The position numbers and the translations under genes were made by a program. The notes beneath the pieces are model-generated. The model did no database searches. It was not told the origin of the DNA and was given only the letters and a program-made list of their open reading frames with translations. From Candidatus Omnitrophota bacterium (lineage in GTDB: Bacteria; Omnitrophota; Gorgyraeia; 2-01-FULL-45-10), in NCBI GenBank assembly GCA_023818895.1, contig JAMWCX010000003.1, positions 180,001-212,000 on the forward strand: DNA of 32,000 bases, in the 5' to 3' direction. Below, in pieces: positions 9,316 through 16,928 of the stretch; within the stretch, counting starts at the first letter, position 1, and each line of letters opens with the position of its first letter.

Positions 9316-11466
9316 CTATTGCCGTCCCATGGCAAATATATAGAGCCTTCCTTCGTTAGTCACAGCTATTATTTCCTTAAAACCGTCGTTGTCAAGATCG
9401 GCTACATCCATCTTGGAGTTCGGATTCCTCCAGCAATCAAGCCTCCCCTGGACTGTTAGCTTATCCAGTAGTCTACCCTTGACGGAAAATATGAATATCT
9501 CATTCCCCTTGCCAGCTATAATCTCCGTAACACCGTCTGAATCCAAGTCAGATAAAAAAAGGTTATAGACAGGCGGCGCTGAATTCTCGCCCGCCCATTT
9601 GATATAGCTCCAAAGTATCTTGCCTTTTGGGCTACACACAACAAGACCGCGTCTGGCACCAACCACTATATCATCGCATTCACTACTTTCTGCGAGACGT
9701 CCGGCTGCTATAGTCATGGCCTCATTAAGATCCACTTTCTCGCCTAATAGATTCATGCTTACGACATTGACAAGCTCTCCTTCCTTTTCATAAATGTAGA
9801 CGGTGCCATCGGCCAAAGGACACGCCAGATCATCTTTTCTACCATCGCCGTCAAAATCTCCTGCCGCTAGACAGCGTATGCCATATCCGGGCTTCGAACT
9901 GAAGAGGATCTTTCCATCTTTACTCACCGAATAAACGGCGCCAAGATACTGGTTGTAGCAAAAACCTTCGCCTTCCCCATAAGCCGCTATATCCTGGATA
10001 CGCTTAATATTGTCATTTGTCCACATGGACCGCCAGGACATCCCATTATCTTTTGTGTAATAAGCGCCTTCATCGACAATAAGCTCATCTATTCCATCGC
10101 CATTAAGGTCCTCGTTAAGAAAGGCTGTTGCATTTATGGTAGATAAATGTACTCCTATCCTGTCGAAAACTTTCACTGTTTCTCCCGAAGCTACTATAGA
10201 ATCATAATAACCTTCTTCGGAAAGACGTGCCGCCCTTACCCGGGATGTCCCTTTCATAAATACGGGCGTGTCGCTTTTGGTCAACATATTTCCACGGTGA
10301 CTGAATATATAAAGATACCTGCCGCAGACCGCTATGGCATTTTTATTGCCCATCTTCTTTAAGTCAAATGCGCTTACGCTTAAAGCGCTCTCTTCCCCAC
10401 TCACCGCCTCTAACGTTTCGTCTTTAAGCTCTTTTTCTGCAAAAACCGAATATTTTATTGGTATGCCGCTTGACCCATTGTCCGCCGCATCGCAAAAAGC
10501 GCAGGTAAAAATAGAAATAATTATGGCTGTGCCTAGCCACCTCCTGCCAGCTATTTTTTTCCTTCTAATACGTTGTAAAAATATTAAGACCGGATCGGGA
10601 AGTAGTAATAAAAGCCGGAAAAATAGTATCGCTGGCGACATTCCCGCTTTAACTGTAACTTTTCTGCAGATATCGCGGCAACGGCCATATTCCGAATAAT
10701 AAAAGAATGTCCTTATAATCTGCTCTCCGTGAGTTATATACGCTTTTTTCATCGGACTATATATATTCGGATTTGTGTCGGGAAATAAAGTGACTATGCC
10801 ATCTAACGAGTCGAGAATAGTGGTGGGGGGGGTGTGGGAAAATCCTATGTTTTTGCCGTGCAGCCTTCGCCTCACAAGAACCTTGTCTAAACCGACAATT
10901 TCATATTTTTTCGCGACCCTAAGCCAAAGGTTTATATCCTCGCCGATAAAAAGCTTTTCGTCAAATATGCCTATGTCTTTTAAAACTGATGATCGTATCA
11001 TCACGCTGGACAATATAATAGGACCGGATTTGCTTAACAATTCGTTAAATACGTTACCCGAATAAACCCTGGCTGGTAAGACCTCAATATCAAATCCTGT
11101 GTTGGAATCAAATGAAATCGCTTTTGAATAGATCAAAGCGGTGCTGGGTTTTTTTTCCATGATTTTAAGTTGTTCTGCCGTTTTAGCCGGCAACCACATA
11201 TCATCCGCGTCGAGAAAAGCGATATATTCACCGGTGGCTTTCAGGATGCCGGTATTGCGCGCTTTCGCTGGTCCCGCGTTATCCTGCCGAATATAGGTGA
11301 TCCTGCCGGCGTAACTATCGGCAACTTCGGGCGTGTTATCAGTTGAGCCGTCATCGATAACGATTATTTCCATATCTTTGTGTGTTTGCGCCAGCGCGCT
11401 TTCTATGGCATTGGCTAGAAATTCTGCGTTGTTATATGCAGGTATGATTGCGCTTACTTTCGGCAT
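9316..11466 (-). CDS. Fusion protein: N-terminal GT2 glycosyltransferase, membrane segment(s), C-terminal FG-GAP/VCBS-type beta-propeller
   Basis: 716 aa.
- Residues 1-205: GT-A fold (SAIIPAYNNAEFL, IIVIDDGSTDNT, FLDADD).
- Hydrophobic segments at about 277-299 and 309-326, with RIRRKKIAGRRW between them.
- Residues 340-716: repeated Ca-binding-like loops NEDLNGDGIDELIV, AGDFDGDGRKDDLA, SDLDSDGVTEIIAG, ADLDNDGFKEIIAV, each followed by short beta strands. Confidence 0.8.
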   Translation of the reverse strand: MPKVSAIIPAYNNAEFLANAIESALAQTHKDMEIIVIDDGSTDNTPEVADSYAGRITYIRQDNAGPAKARNTGILKATGEYIAFLDADDMWLPAKTAEQLKIMEKKPSTALIYSKAISFDSNTGFDIEVLPARVYSGNVFNELLSKSGPIILSSVMIRSSVLKDIGIFDEKLFIGEDINLWLRVAKKYEIVGLDKVLVRRRLHGKNIGFSHTPPTTILDSLDGIVTLFPDTNPNIYSPMKKAYITHGEQIIRTFFYYSEYGRCRDICRKVTVKAGMSPAILFFRLLLLLPDPVLIFLQRIRRKKIAGRRWLGTAIIISIFTCAFCDAADNGSSGIPIKYSVFAEKELKDETLEAVSGEESALSVSAFDLKKMGNKNAIAVCGRYLYIFSHRGNMLTKSDTPVFMKGTSRVRAARLSEEGYYDSIVASGETVKVFDRIGVHLSTINATAFLNEDLNGDGIDELIVDEGAYYTKDNGMSWRSMWTNDNIKRIQDIAAYGEGEGFCYNQYLGAVYSVSKDGKILFSSKPGYGIRCLAAGDFDGDGRKDDLACPLADGTVYIYEKEGELVNVVSMNLLGEKVDLNEAMTIAAGRLAESSECDDIVVGARRGLVVCSPKGKILWSYIKWAGENSAPPVYNLFLSDLDSDGVTEIIAGKGNEIFIFSVKGRLLDKLTVQGRLDCWRNPNSKMDVADLDNDGFKEIIAVTNEGRLYIFAMGRQ
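10825..10832 (-). repeat. C8 (G8 on the + strand) homopolymer tract inside the GT2::FG-GAP gene
   Basis: Read directly: tggtGGGGGGGGtgtggg. On the coding strand, cac acc ccc ccc acc encodes HTPPT at residues 211-215, just after the GT2 domain. It is the longest G/C homopolymer I found in the window. Confidence 0.9.
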
Positions 11467-11474
11467 CTATTTGG

Positions 11475-12647
11475 TCAGTCTTTCTTAATATTCAATAAGT
11501 TACAAATATTATTCTTTATCTTATCTCTAAACAGGTATCTTTTGTCTTTGACCTGCGATTCATATATCTTCCTATACATCTCGATATATCGCGACTTTAA
11601 TTTAGCCAGATCGTAATATTCTTCCACGACCCTTCTGCCATTTTTACTGATCTCTCTTCTTTTTTCCTCACCCAGGTTCTTTATGGCTTTCGCGAGTTCG
11701 CCCTCTTTCTTCATATTTATAAATACCTGGTTCTTTAATATCTGCCTTATGTTAGTATTGTCCGACGCTATCACAGGAATCCCCATCGCCATCGCCTCGA
11801 TATACGCAATCCCGAATGTCTCCGAAAGTGACGCGAGCACAAATATATCAGCCGATTTATAAACTTGCGGCAACTCTTCGTGAGGCATCTGCAGGAATAT
11901 TGCCCTCTCACCCATCAAGTTGCTAGCCAGATCCTTTATGGCTGTGGAATCCGGCGATTCCTGGCCTACGACAACAAGATAGACGCCGTTTATTTTGGAA
12001 ATTTCCTTTACAAGATAATCCATCCTTTTATGCCAGCGGCATATCTTGCCTACGCTTAGTATGGTAAGCGCGCTGGGAGGGATATTATGTCTACTACGAA
12101 AGTCGGATTTAATAGTAGGGTCAAAAACTGTAAGATCAACCCCATGCGGAATGAGAAAGCTCTTTGCTTTAATACCCTTCTTGAGATTATACTCCGTATA
12201 TTCCTGAATGAAATCACAGCCCGGGAGTCGGCCGCGCGCTAACGCCCCTCCGTTGGAAAATAAAAACCGAGGTCTATTTTTAAATAAATATCTGTGATCC
12301 CATATAATCTGAGCGACTCTTCTTTCAAGACAATGTATGATATCATAACTACCTATAAGCAATGGTTTAAGAGCGAAATAAGCGAAGGTGCTGCATTCAA
12401 CATCCTCTCTTTTTTCCTCCATTATGGAGGTCTTCCATTTCTCAGAGACATTTAATCGCATATCAGCAAGAAGTGGAGAATACCTAGGAATATTTTCTAA
12501 AACCACCTCTCGGTCTTTATTCTGCCCGCCGCCCTTAAACAATGTTATGTCAAGATCGTTCTTAAGTAGATCGAAGACACTTCTAGCAAATACCTCATGC
12601 CCCCTATCTATATTACCCAATCCCGCACATAATAGCGCTATCTTCAC
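11475..12647 (-). CDS. Glycosyltransferase family 4 (GT-B fold)
   Basis: 390 aa, GTG start in a GTGA overlap with the upstream GT2 stop (12644..12647). GT4 motif SLSETFGIAYIEAMAMGIPVIASD. Confidence 0.85.
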   Translation of the reverse strand: MKIALLCAGLGNIDRGHEVFARSVFDLLKNDLDITLFKGGGQNKDREVVLENIPRYSPLLADMRLNVSEKWKTSIMEEKREDVECSTFAYFALKPLLIGSYDIIHCLERRVAQIIWDHRYLFKNRPRFLFSNGGALARGRLPGCDFIQEYTEYNLKKGIKAKSFLIPHGVDLTVFDPTIKSDFRSRHNIPPSALTILSVGKICRWHKRMDYLVKEISKINGVYLVVVGQESPDSTAIKDLASNLMGERAIFLQMPHEELPQVYKSADIFVLASLSETFGIAYIEAMAMGIPVIASDNTNIRQILKNQVFINMKKEGELAKAIKNLGEEKRREISKNGRRVVEEYYDLAKLKSRYIEMYRKIYESQVKDKRYLFRDKIKNNICNLLNIKKD

Positions 12648-13636
12648 GATATACCCTTCCGCTTATTTTTTAATAGCTGGCAGAGCTGCAAAAATATAAC
12701 AGCAAACAACGCTTTAAAAACCTTGATATTAAGATGGAACTTCAAGCTTCTAAGATAATATGTTTTGGCTTCTTGAAGCTTACCTCTATTTTTCTTCATG
12801 TATCCGTGGTCAAATAATACTTTCGCTATGTTACGATTAATAACCGCTCTATCCTGACGGTCTATATAATCATAATGAAGCATAACCCCATACATTTTCA
12901 ATCTTTGGTTGAGGAGACGATCGGCCGATTCCTCATCACGTGGTATTGAAATATTGTCAGCATGCATGAGATATTTTATCTGATTTTTTTTTAAATAAGC
13001 GAATTTGAAAAATCGCGATAACCTCTGCCAGTACTCCATGTCTTCACCCTGCTCAAGACTCTCATCCATAAAAAAACCTCTGTCGATGATCTCACGCCGC
13101 ATAACAACGCTGGAAAGATTGAAAAAACATCCCTCTTTTAGCATAAATTTGAAAAGGAAATCATTAAATACGAGATATTCGCCTTTATCCAGAACGTTAG
13201 TTATCCGGTTTATTTTTTTAATAAGGTTCGGGTACATATACTCGACTTCTTTACCGAATTCAGTAAGATACACGGCCTTACCGAATATAATATGAACGTC
13301 GGGTTCCTTCTCAAAAACGACAACGGAATCCTTAAGATGATTCGGCAGAAATTCGTCGTCTGAATCGAGAAACGCGATATATTTGGCTTTTGCTTTTGCA
13401 AGCCCAGCGTTTCTGGCGCCAGCGGGGCCTTTTGTCCTATCGCTTTTAATATAAGATATCCTTTTATCAACCGCTCCTTTTAGAGCATTGCAAATATTCT
13501 TTGAACTATAATCGTCTACGACAATTATTTCAAAGTCCTGATAACTCTGCTGCAATACAGATGATAACACCTTTGTTAAAAATTCGCATCTATTATAAAC
13601 TGGTATTATTACACTAAAAGAAGTCTGGGAATTCAT
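12644..13636 (-). CDS. Glycosyltransferase family 2
   Basis: 330 aa. FSVIIPVYNRCEFL, EIIVVDDYSS, GPAGARNAG, FLDSDDE. First gene downstream of the 520-bp intergenic region. Confidence 0.85.
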   Translation of the reverse strand: MNSQTSFSVIIPVYNRCEFLTKVLSSVLQQSYQDFEIIVVDDYSSKNICNALKGAVDKRISYIKSDRTKGPAGARNAGLAKAKAKYIAFLDSDDEFLPNHLKDSVVVFEKEPDVHIIFGKAVYLTEFGKEVEYMYPNLIKKINRITNVLDKGEYLVFNDFLFKFMLKEGCFFNLSSVVMRREIIDRGFFMDESLEQGEDMEYWQRLSRFFKFAYLKKNQIKYLMHADNISIPRDEESADRLLNQRLKMYGVMLHYDYIDRQDRAVINRNIAKVLFDHGYMKKNRGKLQEAKTYYLRSLKFHLNIKVFKALFAVIFLQLCQLLKNKRKGIS

Positions 13637-14156
13637 ACCAATGCTCTATAATAATTAATATATCGATTAAAAATTGAACTTATGATCCTTTACTTATAAA
13701 ATAATTTTATTTTGTTTCATTATTTATATAGCCAGTTCACTTTATTTCCCCAAGTTAAGGAAATATTTTTTCTAAAATATCTACCGATTTTTTGTCCTGA
13801 ATTTAAGTGATTGACTAAAAAGGCGTTTTTAGACAATGTTTCCGTCTCATAGAAATTGTAACAACAGCGTGTCAGCAATTCTAATTGCTTTTGATCCGCT
13901 ATCCGCACATCCTGCCCTATAAACAAGTAGCAAGGCCTTCGTAACATCAAAAATTGGTAATCAGGCTAGCCGGTCGTAATATCAACTGCCTTATAACGCT
14001 TCAGACTATGCCCTGTTTAACCTTATGACCTATATATTCCATTTAGAAAACTCTTCGGGTTAAAAAAGATACTCAAAAAACATATATGAAACACGATATT
14101 CTATTAAATAAACTTGTTGCTAAACAGTGTTTTTGCTAGCTTTTTGTTAATTTCGG

Positions 14157-14999
14157 TTAGGCATAATAGTGTTGTGACATTATATATTTTCTTATCGACG
14201 CAAATTCTATATTCGAAAAAAGGCGTTTTAGTTTAGTTTCTGTCGAGGACAACCCCATATAATGTCTCATGAGATTGAATGGTGAAAGGCTAAATCTCGG
14301 CTGAGACGGATCAAGCTCCCAAGGATGGATATAGAATAGCGGGGGAGTGCGGCGTTGGGCGATCGATTGGCTTAAGCCGTATTTAGTAAGCCAATACGGA
14401 TAAGCCCTGAAATAACCTCCGCCTATTGGAAGCCTTATGAAGCCTAAGTTTATGTAAGAAGGCGGAAACTCCAGTATACCTAAATTTTTTTGGGAGCTCA
14501 GGATATCTGACCATAAACTGCGGTAATTTTTCCTGAATAAAGATAAGCTAAGGCTGCTATCATATACTATCCCGTTTTTCTTCAGCACTGAAAAAAACCA
14601 TTCCATATTCGGTGCTATCGAAAAACTCGTGGCCCTGTAGCCGATTATTGTCTGCCCCGTAATATCGCCCAATATTTTGATCGACCGACTGAGATCCGCG
14701 TCAAAGCTTGTCGGCGTATGCTTATGAAGCGGTATATGCTCATAGCCGTGGCTTGCGACTTCATGGCCTGCTTGTACAATATCCTTGATAAGACAAGGGT
14801 GTTTTTCGGCAACGCAACCAAGAACAAAAAATGTAGCGGTGCCGCCGTGATGCGCCAAGAGATCCAGGAGTTTTCTTGTGCCAATCTCAACCCTGCTTGG
14901 CAGACTCGCTATCTTCTGCTTCGAAAGAGAATCTTGAATATTTTCGGCCTGAAAATACTCCTCTACATCTACCGTAAAAATCGCTTCAGAACTATTCAT
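14157..14999 (-). CDS. Polysaccharide deacetylase (CE4), PEP-CTERM/exosortase-locus subtype
   Basis: 280 aa. The N-terminus FTVDVEEYFQAEN and ASHGYEHIP are the pattern I associate with the pepcterm_polyde subfamily (TIGR03006, from memory). 8-nt overlap with the upstream AsnB gene. No signal peptide. Confidence 0.8.
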   Translation of the reverse strand: MNSSEAIFTVDVEEYFQAENIQDSLSKQKIASLPSRVEIGTRKLLDLLAHHGGTATFFVLGCVAEKHPCLIKDIVQAGHEVASHGYEHIPLHKHTPTSFDADLSRSIKILGDITGQTIIGYRATSFSIAPNMEWFFSVLKKNGIVYDSSLSLSLFRKNYRSLWSDILSSQKNLGILEFPPSYINLGFIRLPIGGGYFRAYPYWLTKYGLSQSIAQRRTPPLFYIHPWELDPSQPRFSLSPFNLMRHYMGLSSTETKLKRLFSNIEFASIRKYIMSQHYYA

Positions 15000-16902
15000 C
15001 GTTTTTCATAATATATTTTTTAAACCATCTGCTGAATAAATATAAGAGCCATATTCTGTATGAAAAATCTGTCTTCCTGAATCCCTTAAGGTCCGTATAT
15101 TGGATGATATTCCACATCTTTTTAACATATTGTGCGTTGAATAACTCAGCCACTATACCGTCTTTGGCAAAAAGTTCCGATTCGACTGTCGCTTTAAGGT
15201 CCGTCCTCATCCAGTGCGTCATAGGCACCCCAAACCCCATTTTCGAGCGATTTAAGATCGCCGATGGAATATTTTTCTTCATCGCTTTTTTAAATATATA
15301 TTTACCTCTCAGTCCGCGCACCTTGAAGGTCGCCGGTATGGTGGCGGCGAATTCCATAAATTTGTGGTCAAGGATCGGTGCGCGAACCTCCAAGGACACA
15401 GCCATGCTGGCGCGGTCAACCTTAACGAGGATGTCGTCGCATAGATAAGTTTTAATATCGAGGTATTGGAGCTTCGATATGTAGTCTGGGCTTTGACATG
15501 AGTCATATATGAGCTTGAAATTATCGCGCGAATTGTAGGAGCCGATCTTTTTCTTTGTATTTGCTGAATAAAGAAAAGGTTTCTCCTCCTCTTTATAGAT
15601 GGATATGATCTTGAAGTAGAGTTCAAATGGCGATAGGTAGAGCTCTTCGAGCTTATTTGCTATTTTTCTTATCCACGCCCCTGAATCCTTATCCGCCGAA
15701 AGCGTCGAGGCTGTGCGGCCCATTTCCTTCATAAATCCCGGCACAAGACTCTGCATTTTTGTGACAGCGCCGCAGTAGATATAGCGGTTGTAGCCGGCAA
15801 AATTCTCATCCCCGCCATCGCCGGACAGGGCAACGGTGACATTCTGCTTGGCCATTTTGGAAACATAGTACGTCGGTATCGAGGAGGCGTCTCCGAAAGG
15901 CTCATCGTAATGCCAAATGAGAGTTTCAATGACATCGAGGGCCTTGGGTTCAACCACGTATTCATGATGGTCGGTCTTGTAGCGGCTAGCGATCATCCTG
16001 GCATATTTAAGCTCGTCAAACGCCTTGACAGAAAATCCGATCGAATTGGTAATGACTGGTCCATCTTTCAGCTCGCTCATTAAACTGACCACGGAAGAAG
16101 AGTCTATGCCGCCGCTTAAAAAGGCGCCAAGAGGCACATCGCTTATGAGGCGCACTTTCGTGGCGTCTTTCAGCCGTAGGTAAAGTTCTTCCGCCAGCGC
16201 CTCTTCGTCATAGCAAGAGGTTTTAGAAAAATCTATATCCCAGTATTTTGTTACCTTCGCGCCGTTTTTGTCACAGACAAGATAGTAGCCAGCGGGCAAT
16301 TTCGATATGCCTTTAAACATTGTCCTTGGCGCCGGTACATAGAGAAACGAAAGGTAATCGTGAAGCGCCTCATAATCTATCTCGCGTCTTATTTCGGGGT
16401 CCTGAAGTATACCTTTTATTTCGGAGGCAAAGATAAGTTTTCCGTTAATTAAAGCGTAATGAAGCGGCTTTTTTCCTATTCTTTCTCTTGCTAGGAAAAG
16501 ACGGCGACGTTTTTCGTCCCATATGGCGAAGGCGAACATGCCTCTCAGTTTGTGGACACATTCTTCGCCTTCTTCTTCATACAGGTGTATTATAGTTTCG
16601 GTATCGCAGTGGGTCCTGAATACGTGGCCTTTGCGGGTAAGATCTTCTTTGAGTTCGTGGAAATTGTAGATTTCGCCGTTGTAGACTATCCAGACCGAGC
16701 CGTCTTCGTTCGACATTGGTTGATGACCGCCGACTAGGTCTATGATGGAAAGGCGCCTGTGGCCAAGCCCGATGCAGTCCTTGCAGTAAATACCCTCGTC
16801 ATCCGGCCCTCGGTGAATGAGGACGGAGCACATCTTCCTTATGACGGATTCTTCGACAGCTGCGCCGGTTCTAAAGTTATAGATACCGGCTATGCCGCAC
16901 AT
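14992..16902 (-). CDS. Asparagine synthase (glutamine-hydrolysing) family amidotransferase, canonical; EPS-locus type
   Basis: 636 aa. MCGIAGIY (Cys at position 2), HRGPDDEG, GHRRLSIIDL, VYNGEIYNF, PP-loop AFLSGGIDSSSV, SGDGGDENFAGY. Confidence 0.9.
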   Translation of the reverse strand: MCGIAGIYNFRTGAAVEESVIRKMCSVLIHRGPDDEGIYCKDCIGLGHRRLSIIDLVGGHQPMSNEDGSVWIVYNGEIYNFHELKEDLTRKGHVFRTHCDTETIIHLYEEEGEECVHKLRGMFAFAIWDEKRRRLFLARERIGKKPLHYALINGKLIFASEIKGILQDPEIRREIDYEALHDYLSFLYVPAPRTMFKGISKLPAGYYLVCDKNGAKVTKYWDIDFSKTSCYDEEALAEELYLRLKDATKVRLISDVPLGAFLSGGIDSSSVVSLMSELKDGPVITNSIGFSVKAFDELKYARMIASRYKTDHHEYVVEPKALDVIETLIWHYDEPFGDASSIPTYYVSKMAKQNVTVALSGDGGDENFAGYNRYIYCGAVTKMQSLVPGFMKEMGRTASTLSADKDSGAWIRKIANKLEELYLSPFELYFKIISIYKEEEKPFLYSANTKKKIGSYNSRDNFKLIYDSCQSPDYISKLQYLDIKTYLCDDILVKVDRASMAVSLEVRAPILDHKFMEFAATIPATFKVRGLRGKYIFKKAMKKNIPSAILNRSKMGFGVPMTHWMRTDLKATVESELFAKDGIVAELFNAQYVKKMWNIIQYTDLKGFRKTDFSYRIWLLYLFSRWFKKYIMKNDE

Positions 16903-16928
16903 CGGTCAAAGATCCTTTCTTCTGAACT

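Noticed and set aside
12984-12992. A9/T9 homopolymer in the GT2 gene (also T8 runs at 11159..11166 and 3746..3753) as further phase-variation sites
   Set aside because: They encode Lys-rich KK(N) stretches in low-GC genes, where A/T runs of this length are expected from composition alone. A/T tracts are much weaker evidence for programmed slippage than the C8 tract.
13791-13796. Partial ops/JUMPstart-like sequence (CGGTAG on the minus strand) in the EPS leader
   Set aside because: Only 6 of the 8 core bases of GGCGGTAG match. A hexamer is expected by chance, and the element is defined for enterobacterial RfaH systems. No RfaH-like gene is visible.
13720-13950. 76-aa ORF in the long intergenic region
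   Set aside because: It has a TTG/ATG start without any Shine-Dalgarno sequence, sits in 25 to 30 percent GC DNA where ORFs arise by chance, has no signal peptide or motif, and overlaps the candidate promoter and inverted repeat. I cannot exclude a real small protein without conservation data.
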